DNA of 64,000 nucleotides, taken from contig NIVC01001511.1 of assembly GCA_002269645.1 (NCBI GenBank), positions 1 through 64,000 on the forward strand, given 5' to 3'. Shown here one piece after another: positions 49,473-62,175 of this stretch. Source of the stretch: Macrostomum lignano (Eukaryota). Within the stretch, counting starts at the first letter, position 1. Each line of letters starts with the position of its first letter. The notes under the pieces were generated by a model that saw nothing but the letters and a program-made list of their open reading frames with translations, had not been told where the DNA came from and made no database searches. A program made the position numbers and the translations under genes.

Positions 49473-50259
49473 ATGTATAGGACAAGTGCATCTATAGCCA
49501 CTCTGGCTGCTGTATGCTGCTCAGTTGCACTGCTCCTGAGTGCGGCAGAAGCCTTTAGACCGGTTGTCCAGTTCACCGCGGCCAGGGCGGGCAGCGCTGT
49601 CGCTCCTCCGGAGTTTCTCTCGCAGCCCGAACTCAGCGAGCGCAGCTGCAGCTTCATGTGCAGCCTGAGACCGAACTGCTTCGGCTTCTACTGGCTGCTC
49701 GGAGCGTGTCGGCTGTTCGACTTGCAGGCGTTTCTCAATGCCAGCGCCTGGGTCAGCACCGGCAGGTGCGACGTCTTCATTCTTGGTGAGCTGAAAACAA
49801 TTTGTCTCGAAAAAATTTTTATCGTTTAATTTATTCAATATATTTTCTTCAGATTACAAGAAACTGCAGACTGCTGGCTGTGCGCAAAGCTCCAATTATC
49901 ATGGTAGCTTTTGTAGCCAGGCAGTCGATGGCAACACAAATCCGTCATTCCATTCTTACTCTTGCGCGACTACTCAGTTCAATGCTAGCGAGTGGTGGGA
50001 GGCGGGCCTCGCCGCCCCGTCTCTCGTGTCCTTCGTCACCATCCACAACAGGCAGGACTGCTGCGCTGAGAGGCTCAACAAGTTCGACCTGCTGGTTGAC
50101 GGGTCCGTGTGCAACCAGGTGAGGCTCAGCGCTCCGTTCTCCGTGGCCAACTTCACCTGTGGCGCTTTCGGCTCTCGGGTTCGAGTTGTGGCTCGCAGCG
50201 ACCCGCCACAGGCTCTGACAATCTGCGAGTTCATGGCCTACGGCTTCAAGTTTATGTGA
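49473..50259 (+). CDS. Gene C: secreted PAN/Apple + F-type lectin (fucolectin-like) protein; exons 49473-49785, 49853-50259
   Basis: Signal peptide (LAAVCCSVALLLSAAEA), PAN-type C-x3-C-x5-C-x8-C (SCSFMCSLRPNCFGFYWLLGACRLF), 67-bp phase-1 GT-AG intron, then QSSNY..AVDGNT..SC..WW..NRQDCCAERL..LTICE FTLD signature and stop TGA. Confidence 0.9.
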
Positions 50260-50286
50260 TTTTTATTAGTAGATTGGTTTTGCAAT

Positions 50287-50546
50287 TAATAATAATAAAT
50301 AACAATTAATAACCGAGAGCTCAGCCGCTGCTATTGCGCGGCGCATCTGAAGTCAAGGACTGGGGGTCGCCACACACTCACCCTCAATTACCCCAGATAA
50401 TGCTGGCACCCATTTTACAGCTGGGTGAACTGAAGCAATGCAGAGTTAAGTGTCTTGCTTAAGGACACAAATTGTTCCGAGTTCGGTCGAGAATCGAACT
50501 CCCGACCTACTCAGTCTTTAGTCTGACGCTCGAACCACTACAACCC
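50287..50546 (-). mobile_element. CORE-SINE copy 2 (internally deleted), immediately 3' of gene C
   Basis: Homologous to 33805-34108. Confidence 0.88.
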
Positions 50547-51062
50547 CTTGATTCAGAGCATTCAGACTTGCTGCAACTTTTTATTCAAGCAGCACTGGAA
50601 ACCCCGTTGAGATAAGTGGAGCTTTTTCTCATCTCTTTCACTTCCTGAAAAAATGCCACCTGTTGTTATTTTGCCTTGGTCTGTATAGCGTTGAAAAACA
50701 ATGATTTTATAAAGAGAATTCGCTGCAAAACTGTGTATCCACTCAAACGGTTACTGACTGGATGATTGACACCTGTGAATATCACTAATCAAGTGAGTTT
50801 GCTTGTCTCTAATAGTTGAATTAAGATCTATTTTGACACAGTTTAATGCTGACTGGATTAAAACTGTCAATTGATTTTTATTTTCCAACGTCAATTATTC
50901 TTGATGCAAACTGGCAACTTTTACTGTCAATGCGACTTTTTTAAATCAATTTTCCTTCATCTGTCAATAAAATGACGGAAGCTTACCGCCTTCATAATAT
51001 TGTGTCATTTAGTACATTTTTATTCAAATGATGGTCTGATTTCTATAGACACCATATATAAA

Positions 51063-52060
51063 CCATAGACACAGCTGCACTGAGTGTCTTTGAGGGACCA
51101 TAGACACAGCTGCACTGAGTGTCTTTGAGGGACCATAGACACAACTGCACTGAGTGTCTTAGAGGGACCATAGACACAACTGCACTGAGTGTCTTAGAGG
51201 GACCATAGACACAACTGCACTGAGTGTCTTAGAGGGACCATAGACACAGCTGCACTGAGTGTCTTTGAGGGACCATAGACACAACTGCACTGAGTGTCTT
51301 AGAGGGACCATAGACACAGCTGCACTGAGTGTCTTTGAGGGACCATAGACACAACTGCACTGAGTGTCTTAGAGGGACCATAGACACAACTGCACTGAGT
51401 GTCTTAGAGGGACCATAGACACAACTGCACTGAGTGTCTTAGAGGGACCATAGACACAGCTGCACTGAGTGTCTTTGAGGGACCATAGACACAACTGCAC
51501 TGAGTGTCTTAGAGGGACCATAGACACAACTGCACTGAGTGTCTTAGAGGGACCATAGACACAACTGCACTGAGTGTCTTAGAGGGACCATAGACACAGC
51601 TGCACTGAGTGTCTTTGAGGGACCATAGACACAACTGCACTGAGTGTCTTAGAGGGACCATAGACACAACTGCACTGAGTGTCTTTGAGGGACCATAGAC
51701 ACAGCTGCACTGAGTGTCTTTGAGGGACCATAGACACAACTGCACTGAGTGTCTTAGAGGGACCATAGACACAACTGCACTGAGTGTCTTAGAGGGACCA
51801 TAGACACAACTGCACTGAGTGTCTTAGAGGGACCATAGACACAACTGCACTGAGTGTCTTAGAGGGACCATAGACACAACTGCACTGAGTGTCTTAGAGG
51901 GACCATAGACACAACTGCACTGAGTGTCTTAGAGGGACCATAGACACAACTGCATTGACTGTAATTGAAGGACCATAGACAAAACTGCATTGACTAATTG
52001 AGACCATGGACACAACTGCATTGACTAATTGAGGGACCTTAGACACAACTGCATTGAGTG
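51063..52060. repeat. 35-bp minisatellite (GGGACCATAGACACAACTGCACTGAGTGTCTTAGA), ~28 units
   Basis: Period 35 (51063, 51098); internal AGACAC/GTGTCT inverted repeat. Confidence 0.97.
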
Positions 52061-53136
52061 CATTTGAGGCTTTTTTATACCATAGACGTTTTTTCCCAAG
52101 CCATTTTCTCCCTCCCTTCCACTACTCAGTAGTTTTTTTTTTCTATCTGTCTCTCCTCTCAGAGAGAAGCCCAATACACTAGAGAAATCCCACCCAATGA
52201 AAAAAGTCACATGAGTGAGGCAAAAATGGGACAAAGATATCTTTATGGCCGAAACCTCATAGCAGGTAGATAATTTAATTAGCGGGTGGTTACGAGAGCT
52301 TGGATTTAAAGAGCACCATTATCTGCCCAAAACACCCCAAACGGCGCCCTCTAATTTTTCATAAACGCTCTTTAAGCATGGGTATTAATGGTATAATAAC
52401 ATATCTCTCGTGTTAGTCTACAAAGTTTCTCTTAGTTTTGCTGGCTTATTCTTTCACTCACTACAACGCACACAAATAGCAAGCATGTTGGGATTTTTTC
52501 AAGAAAATTCCCATACATTATAGCTACAGTGAACAGGACTAAAATAAAAATGAGTGTCTATCTCGTAACGTTGAACCTGTGTCCCATTTAGCATTCGTTT
52601 TTTAATTCGAAATTCAAGCAAAAACTGAATTCAGACACACTGAATTTATTCAATAGTAATCAGGCTGATCAGGAATAGCGATTTAAATTTCCCGATCGGG
52701 TGTCTTCTGCCTCTCCTTTGTCACTAGCTCACCGACGCGAGTATCTCGATCATCTCCGCTCGGATTCCATTTCTATGATATCAGCGGATTCAATCTGGTG
52801 AACAGGCTGAGACAAGCGGGCTGCTGCATAGAGGCGCCCTGTGTTGACTCCGTCGTCAAGGCAGCTTTCTGGGGTATTTATTCAATGACTGCAACCTGGA
52901 ATTTTCAATTCTTCGAAACTATTTTATGCAGAAAACAAGTCAGGAAATTCTATAATGCAGTCTCATCCGCAACAGATTTTCGGTGAGTTTTGCTCAGATT
53001 TTTATTACTCGTAATCGAATAAGAACATATTTGTCCGTCCGTCATGATGAAGGTCGAATGTATTTTTTACTATGCAACATCAAGCCTAAAGAATCAGTAG
53101 CTTTATATTAAGGTACAACGATTCTGTATGTCCTCA

Positions 53137-53442
53137 TAATAATAACAATATTAAATAATTGATTGCACCTGCCGTAATGGGCAGATGTGCAACCGACAGC
53201 TCAGCCGTAGATATTGCGCGGCGCATCTGAAGGCTGCGTACGGCTGTTCAGTCCAAGGACTGGGGGGTCACCACGCACCCTCAATTACCCCAGCTAATGC
53301 TGGCACCCATTTTACAGCTGGCTGAACTGAAGCAATGCAGAGTTAAGTGCCTTACTCAAGGACACAGATTGTTCCAGTATCAGGAATCGAACCTCCGACC
53401 TTCAAGTCGTAAGTCCGACCTCTAACCACTAAGCTACAGCCC
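53137..53442 (-). mobile_element. CORE-SINE copy 3 (best-preserved tRNA head)
   Basis: Minus strand GGGCTGTAGCTTAGTGGTTAGAG (A box)...GGTTCGATTCC (B box), CORE and tail. Confidence 0.9.
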
Positions 53443-53493
53443 TACTACCGGTACTCATACTATCAGTGTAGTCCTTAGCTTGGAATATCTCAG

Positions 53494-56309
53494 AATGGAT
53501 CAATCCCTGCAGATTTCCGACCTTCGTTCCTGCGCCTCTTAAGACTGCTTCTGCTGTCTCTGGTCGCTACCGAAAGTCTAGCTGTGGCGGACCAGTCTGA
53601 AGGGACCTTCAAGCTTTCCGGTCCAGTCGAGCTGAACAGCTCGAGCAGCAGCGAGTTGCTCAGCGTCGCCAAGCCCAGCATGTCGGGAATGCACTGCGTT
53701 GGCCACTGCAGCAGGTTGGAGGGCTGCGCAGCGGCCATCCTCAGCGGCAACCGCAGCCTCTGCCGGCTGCTGCGGCTGATGCAGTCGCCGGGGCCCGATG
53801 ACAGTCACGTGACTAGGCAGCTGGGATTCGAGCCCGGAGACAAGCTATGGCTAGCAAATGACTTTAGTGAGACTCTGGAACGACTGCTCAGGCCACTGCG
53901 TAAGTCTGTTCTGTCCACGAAAGACATGCAATAAGCTGAGTTACTTTGAGTGCTGCTCCCATTGGTTCGAATTGCAGCTGGCGCCGCTGGTCTGTCCACC
54001 GACTCTCCGTATGCCTCTGTGATTGGTTCGGAGATGAAGTTTACTGGTGAGATTGATCACATTTGTGATGTGCTAAATTTATAGCGTCGACATGAGGTAT
54101 TGCATGAGTTGGATTTCAGGAGACTACACCTTATAAAAAATTTCATTTTCAATAATTTTGAGGGAGTTCACAAAGCCAGAGAAAGAACCAAAGGTCCATG
54201 CCACAGAAATTACAGTATACTCTGCGGTCCATGCAGTGAATTCAGTAGGCTATTGTAATCAGCTCTGATGCAATTGATGGGTTTATGCAGAGATGAACTC
54301 TGAACGCGTTAAGGGCCAGCCAGATGCATGTACAGCTACCATCTGCCTTTTTGTTTGTTGTCGATGACGATTCACCATTCATCAATCCGCGGACAAGCTG
54401 AATAGCGCTGTCCCTGGACACGTTTTTGTGGCGGAAGTGGTTGATAGGATGCTTCACAAACATTAAAATGCTTTGACGGATCTCCGCTCTCCGTGACAAC
54501 AATGATTACTTTTTTATAATATGCACTATAGAAAAGTTTTGTGTTAAATATGAAGCAAAATTCAGCAAACGCAATGCATTGAATTTCAGCCAGCGGATCG
54601 GGCAGGAACGGCCTCGTGCAGCAGGCCCAGGTGACGGTCACGGGCTGCTTCCGCATCGAGGCTACTGGCGGCAGGGGCGGCTCCGCTGAGCTCTCCGATT
54701 CGGTCACGGAGTCGCCGTGCGGAGCTACGATGGCCGGCAACTTCAGCCTCGCAGCCGGCACGTTGCTGTCCATTGTTGTCGGTCAGGCAGGCACAAGGGG
54801 AGCCTTGACGCGTGGCGGAGGCGGCGGGGGCGGTTCTTTTGTGTACAGAACTACCGACAACTTTCTGTACCTGGCTGCCGGAGGTAGCGGCGGAGCTTCG
54901 CATCCTTACTCTTGTGAGTGCTCGGAATCAAATGTTACAGTACTCTGTACGGCTGTGCATTGGGCGGCAGAGTTGTTCAGTGATTAACGCGTCTGATTCT
55001 CGCGCTAAGGACTTCGGGTTTCGTTTGGGCATGAAACTTTGCCCGTATGGGGCGATTGGCCAACTCGCAATGCCTCCATTTCTCTTAGGGCTCCTTTGTC
55101 AGCCTGGAGTGAAATGGGTGTTAGCCATCCACTTCACCTCGCGCTGTACTTTGTGCCACCTTTGTGCGCCGTCCTCTCTACCCCTCCGTGGGTTGGGGGT
55201 TAATTGCTCACCCGCTTATTTATCTGCGCGCCGCCTTCTGTGCCACATCGCTCGCTCTGGCTTTGCAGCTACAAGCACCAGAGCCTTGAGCCTTGACATC
55301 TCAACAGTCACCCGTAAGCCTTTCCCCACTTCTCGCGCTGCTTCGGCCATAGGCATTGCCTGCCTGCTGTTCGTCTCCTTTGCTGTTGGGGTGTGATTGG
55401 TTAATGTATTTTGTGTACAGGCCCGACAATGAGAAGTCAGAGCAGACGATAAGAGAGTCGTCGCAAGTTTGGCATTCTACTCTGTCCCCTTGATTTGCGG
55501 GAGCGACCAAGACCCCTGCAAACGAACTAAGGTTGTCTCGTGCCAAAAAGCATTCGAGACACATTAAGACTAACATAGGAATCAAATATGGACTTTCGAG
55601 GTTAAAATCTCTCCTAAATAAGTGCAATCAGTGGGAGCCAACCTGCGTGTCCGTTGCTGAGATCTCGCTTGCTCAGCTCCATGACATGGCTAATTTTTTA
55701 AATCTTGTCCTACCCCGGTAAATATGTGACGGCACCTTTGTACATCAGCTGTTATCATTGTTGTCGAAGCAATTTTGACATTGTGTTGGTTTCCCGTGAC
55801 TTATTGATTCTCCAACGCCCCTGGCCACCACCGCAGCACTTGGCGCACAAACTGGCGAGAACGGCACCTGGCCGCACCCGAGCCATTCTCCTCGAGGAGG
55901 CGTCAGCGGCCAGCCTGGCACCTCCAACACGGGAAAATCCGGAAAGTTCGGCGGTCCCGGAGCCGGTTGGCTGAACGGCTCCGACTCAACGGGTAGCACA
56001 ACTTGCTGCGGCAACGGCGGCGGTGGCCTCGCAGAGGGCTGGATCGGCGGCACCGGCAGTGCCAGTATCGACGGCGGCTTCGGCGGTGGAGGCGGTGCCG
56101 CGGCGCCTGAAGGTCCTTCGAGCTGCGGAGCGGGCGGCGGTGGCGGCGGCTACAGCGGTGGCGCGGCTGCCACTGAGTCCACAAACGCTGGTGGAAGCGG
56201 CGGCTCCTTCTGCTCTGGCAGCGGCTGCGTTGGCGTCAACGGCGACTTCTGCGGTACCGACAACGGCTTGGTGGTCACCCGGCTGCTGGGTTCCGGCGGC
56301 TGCGGCTGA
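53494..56309 (+). CDS. Gene D: secreted PAN/Apple-like + ALK/LTK-type glycine-rich domain protein; exons 53494-53899, 53978-54046, 54590-54913, 55837-56309
   Basis: Signal-like FLRLLRLLLLSLVATESLA; C-x3-C-x5-C-x11-C module; three phase-1 GT-AG introns join in frame. FRIEATGGRGG...GNFSL...SIVVGQAG...GGGGGGGSFV...LAAGGSGG and GGFGGGGG...GGGGGGYSGG are typical of the ALK/LTK Gly-rich domain. Stop TGA 56307. No in-frame ATG in the first exon. Confidence 0.85.
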
Positions 56310-57451
56310 GGTGAAAGTAAATAACGTTTACATTGGTTTAATGCACCAATCTTGAGAGTATAGTCCGAGTGATGTAAGTGCTCAATCGTGTTCTTAAATA
56401 GCGAGGGTCATTGACCATAGGCGAGAGTTTGGGCTGAAGTTTCACAATGCCCTCGCAGACAGAAATCTCTGTGACAGTCCAAAGGTTCCTTAAAATTCGG
56501 AATATTCTCCCAATGAATTGCAATGGTTTTTGAAGTTTATATATGTTTGCTTTTAATCCTCAATTCTTTCTCTCTTAAAAAAATTATTTTAAAACAAATC
56601 TTTTACTAACTATTTCATCTGATCCATCCATATTGTGTCTTTTTTCAAGAAAGTCCACTGATAATTGAGTGCCGTGTTTGAAGCAACAACTACCGCCATC
56701 CACAATGTTGCTACCTGTAGTATGTTTCTTCTGCATAATGTTTTTACCTGTAGCCGTATTGCTTTCGCTTTGGCAATAAAATTTTAATTATTTTTTTGTA
56801 GTTTCAATAACCGCGTCCTTTATACAAAACTGTCGTGATCCATAGCTACATGGAGAAGCTTCACGTAAAACTATTTATTTATTTATTTTGCCTAGTTTGC
56901 CTTTCCACTTTATATCTGCGTAGGTTTCCTTTATTGACTTATTCTACGCTTTTTTGTTTGTCTTTGAAACTGATTACTACGATTTATAATTGCTAAAACT
57001 AGCTAATTAAAAGGATATATTAGATCGCTTTACTCTTAATGATGCATGTGTTACATCGTTTAACATACTGTAAATCGTTGCGTGGTTTATTTTATTTATA
57101 TTTAATTTTTATATTTTATATTTTTACTCATGTATAATATATTTTTTTATTTTTTTTATTTTTTTTATTTTTTTATATTTTATATTTTTACTCATGTACT
57201 TTTTTAAATGCGAGCGTAATTGTCTCTACCTTTTAGTTTAGATGTACTTAAGACTACAAGTAAACCATCTCGTTCAATTTTTATTAAAAAGCAGATACTT
57301 TTGTTTTAAATGCATGTATTTAGGTGACTAGAAATTCAAAACCATACCAATTTGTCTAATGCTCGATGCATACTACTGTCAAGAAACAAATAAGTATAGA
57401 TCAGCTAACATGAGCAGATGAGCAGATGACATTAAGAATCGATGAGAATTG

Positions 57452-60021
57452 CTCCGGAGTTTCTCTCGCAGCCTGGACCCAGCGAGATCAGCTGTGGCTT
57501 CCTGTGCAGCCTGAGACCGGACTGCTTCGGCTTCTACTGGCTGCTCGGAGCGTGTCGGCTGTTCGACTTGCAGGCGTTTCTCAATGCCAACGCCTGGGTC
57601 AGCACCGGCTCGTGCGACGTCTTTAGGGTCGGTAGGAACTATAAAATTTGCCATGTTGTTCTGACGGTATGAATGTTAACTACATCAGCAACCAAGAACT
57701 TCAGCGCGGCGCCTCGGTGAACATGCAGCGGCCCAGGCTCGATTCCAAGTGCAGTCGCATCAACTTGAGGCTAAATTGGAATCTCGGCTTAGCTTTGCTC
57801 GCGCAATTAACGCCCTTGAGAGCCAACCCCCAAGGAACAGTGAAGTGTACATGCCTAACGATAAATAAAGTTAGGGCCGCTGTACACTCCTGTGAGTGTG
57901 TGCCTGCGTATGACTGCGTACGTATCCGCGCGCTTGCCTCTTGCCGGTTGTGTGACAATGTCGCTTAAAGTGCGCCAGGGTGCACACAACCCACACTGCC
58001 TATAATAAAAAATTAGTTATACGCTCGCAGAAGACTTGGGTAAGGTTTATTCATGAAGCTTCGAACTCTCCTTTAAATACCTAACAGCACACACCTCTGC
58101 GAATACCTGCTCAAATCTCTTTGAAGTTGAAGTCGCTTTAAAGAACAGAGAGTTTCTGCCTTCAGATCACACTAAAGTTGTTGAACCTACTTTAACGTTT
58201 AACCACGATGAGACTGATGGCACGATTTCGTGCCAAGCCAGCAAAACCGCCCCGACTGACGCCTGGCTCAGACCGGTGGATTAGAGCAGTCAAACCCTTT
58301 TCCTGACTAGCCTACTATGCCAACACATCCGTTCCCGACGGCTTGGTTCGATATCGTGCCATAGAATTTTTTTAGCTCAAGTTTTTAAGCTCGTATACAA
58401 ACCCCTTCCAGACTGAAGCAACTTTTCACGCAGTCTTTGCCAAGTAGATTTTGAGACACAGCCCTAGTGTTTCCACCGGTGCAGTCAAACTTGCTTAAGT
58501 TCTTTGTTTAAGTTTTATAACATTGTATTGCTAGCAGCGTTGTTCTTGGACGAGCGTACGAGTAGTATAAATTACGAGATCATGAGCGCTGAGTCTGATT
58601 GGGAGACCGACGACGCGACGGAGTCCCCAATAGTTACCGATGACGAGTCTCTGAGCGACTATGAAGAGCTGAATCCAGACGTACTTGACTTGATGGAAGG
58701 AGACTTGCTTGCCTGCAAGTTTGTCGACAGGAAGCAGAGTGGCACGAAGGTTTTGTACCTGTTGGACACCGCAGGCACTGCTGTCTGCAATCAAGTCCAG
58801 CGCACTCGTCGCGGCGGTGAAGTCCAGATGATCTCGCTGGACATTAACATTTCGTTAATGACTTTCTGAATATTCTAAAAGCTTACTGCTCGAATTCAAG
58901 TAAGATGTTGTTGACTTTAATTAACAGGTTTAGACTTTAAGTTTTGTGCTTTACTACCCGTCTGCAAGTTAGCTTGTTATTGTTGACTGTGTTCAACCTT
59001 TACACTTTCGTTAATGACTTTCTGAATATTCTAAAAGCTTACTGTTAGAAGTCAGTTAAGGTGCCGTTGTAATGCTTATGTTCCTGAATCTTTTGTAAGC
59101 TTTTTCTGTATTTTTCAGGATAATGTGCATAGCTTATATTATGGTTCGCGGGTTGTTTTTATAGTTGTTATTTCTTTCATTAGTTTCACAAACTTTATTG
59201 CATTCTTTCGAACTCTCGAACAGTAATACCGTTACAACACCGGTATATCAGGTCCATCAACGCACGTTCACATCAGTCCACATGTTCTTTTTATCAAATA
59301 TATACACAATTCCCAATTATGTTCTGCTCTATCTGTTAAAAAAAGATTTTTGTCTTTCAACAAAAGCCATGGCACGAAAACGGTCCATATCAGTCTGCAA
59401 TGGCTGTGCTATCTACGCGAAAGGTGATGCAAACATCAACTAAATAATCATCAGTCGGGTGCGGTTTTGCTGGCTTGGCACGAAACCGTGCCATTAGTCT
59501 CGTCGTGGAGCGCAAAAATGTCTATGGCACGATTTCGGTCCAAGCCGTCGGGAACGGATATGTTGGCATAGTAGACTAGTCAAGTAAAGGTTAAATTAAA
59601 GTGATTAAAAGTTTCCTATAACATCCCTTATAGTTTTAGAAACTAAGAAGCTCTCCTTCATTGGCTGCAACCAAAGCTCAACTTTGCCTGACCTCGGTTG
59701 CCACCTGGCGATGGATGGAAATTTAGCACAGAACTTTCATGACGGGTTTTGCTCTGGCACTGGCAAAGATCCTGACAGTGGTGGGAGGCCGTTCTGTCCA
59801 CCCCGTCTCTCGTGTCGTTCGTCACCATCCACAACAGGCAGGACTGCTGCGCTGAGAGGCTCAACAAGTTCGATATTATAGTGGACGGGTCCGTGTGCAA
59901 CGGGCTGAACGTCAGCGTGCCCTTCTCCGTGGCCAACTTCACCTGCGGCGCTTTCGGCTCTCGCATCCGGATTGTGGGTCGCAGCGAGACTCACCTCATC
60001 ACCTGCGAGGCCATCGCGTAG
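57452..60021 (+). pseudogene. Gene E: pseudogenised paralogue of gene C (PAN + FTLD); exons ~57452-57631, 59640-60021
   Basis: High similarity to gene C starts abruptly at 57452 (signal peptide lost). There is a 1-nt deletion at ~59772 before WWE and a TAG at 60019 where gene C has TAC. The intron is expanded to 2 kb by a piggyBac-like insert. Confidence 0.85.
58203..59590. mobile_element. piggyBac-like composite element flanked by TTAA, containing an internally deleted transposase remnant
   Basis: TTAA|CC at 58199-58203 and GG|TTAA at 59590-59594. Terminal blocks are inverted-duplicated (58203-58258 vs 59451-59510; 58294-58350 vs 59521-59590). Internal acidic N-terminus (MSAESDWETDD) and KVLYLLDT...VQRTRRGGEV resemble piggyBac transposase segments. 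Confidence 0.75.
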
Positions 60022-60057
60022 GGCTTCGAGTATCCGTGGCATCCGTGATAGCAGAAA

Positions 60058-60069
60058 GACGTAGTAGTT

Positions 60070-60151
<82 letters not shown>

Positions 60152-60156
60152 AAGTT

Positions 60157-60194
<38 letters not shown>

Positions 60195-60204
60195 AGTAGT
60201 CGAT

Positions 60205-60249
<45 letters not shown>

Positions 60250-60256
60250 TAGTTGA
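60058..60256. repeat. (TAG)n microsatellite directly after the pseudogene end
   Basis: Seen directly. Confidence 0.97.
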
Positions 60257-61289
60257 GTAGTTTTGGACTTTCTTAAACCATTTTTTGAACTCCATATATT
60301 GACTGCCCAGAGGCTGCAAACGCAATGTAATCGTTTTGCCATAGGATAAGCAATACTTAATTAGATATCGCGAAGAAAATAATTTAGGGTATTAATTAAA
60401 TTTTTATCTAGTCAAAAGTACGAATTGAATTTATCAAGATAAAAGCAGTGAATGAATAAGTTTGGGATTTCATGTGAGCCATCAATGCCGATTCCGTAAC
60501 CCCTGTCGACAACGGGGCAGCTGATGCTGCGTAAGACCTTGACAGTCTTTCGAAATTATATTGAATAGTTTTTACTTTTTACTACCGGCAAATTGAAAGA
60601 AAGTCCCTTTATCCCACTGTTTGTCTCTGGCCAAGCTTTAATTTTGCATGGTCTGGACTTGAACCAGTACAATGTACACAGAACTCCATTAGTCTGGTGA
60701 AAGCTTTTTATCGATTTGTCGTTTAATGATTCGGTCGATCGCTAGTCGACAGAATGTCGACATTCTTTTCTATCCAAACCATCATTGTATCGGTATAAAT
60801 GGTCTCAATACAAGACATTATCACAACTCTTTACTTGTAGTAGCATGGGCAAAATTTGCTATGGGTAATAAACGTGCACTCGTGTGAAAAATATCAAAAG
60901 CAGAAACCCAGGCTTTTAAAAAATAACTGGACCCTTGACAGCGTATCGCTGCTTGCCGGTGCTGTTTTTGCTGTTTTCGACTTCAACTCTGCACCATTGA
61001 ATATTGCAGACTCTTACGAGGCAGCTGTTGAACAGGAAATTCTGAGCTCAATGCGCATGAAAGACCAGAGAAAGCTGATCTTATCTTATCCAAACCCACC
61101 TGGCATAATAGTTGCCGTTTGCCTGCCTGCTGGCTGTCTCTCTTTTTAAGCAAATCTCTGATCACCTGCTTGCCAAAGCTGAAAGCTAATAATTTCTGAG
61201 TTTTCTGAGAAGTACTGAAAAATACTGCGGCTAAAACACCGAAATTTTACTTAATTGGTCTTAACAGCTACAAGGTTGGTTTCTGCTTG

Positions 61290-62073
<784 letters not shown>

Positions 62074-62175
62074 TGTAGTTATGCCTTATTCTCCCAAACA
62101 TCTATCGTTTGTTGTTCTATCTGAATAACACAGTGATTTGAGTCACTTCTTCACTCGCTCAATCTGTCCACCCAG

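Noticed and set aside
51063-52060. CRISPR-like 35-bp repeat with internal palindrome
   Set aside because: Units are directly adjacent with no unique spacers, there are no cas genes, and the context is eukaryotic. The same applies to the 47-bp and 32-bp arrays.
53380-53442. tRNA gene
   Set aside because: A and B boxes are present but there is no closing acceptor stem, and the sequence continues into a CORE domain; it is a SINE head, as are those near 34050-34108 and 50480-50546.
60920-61150. Possible upstream exon of gene F
   Set aside because: Open frame, but no convincing phase-matched donor or motif could be identified.
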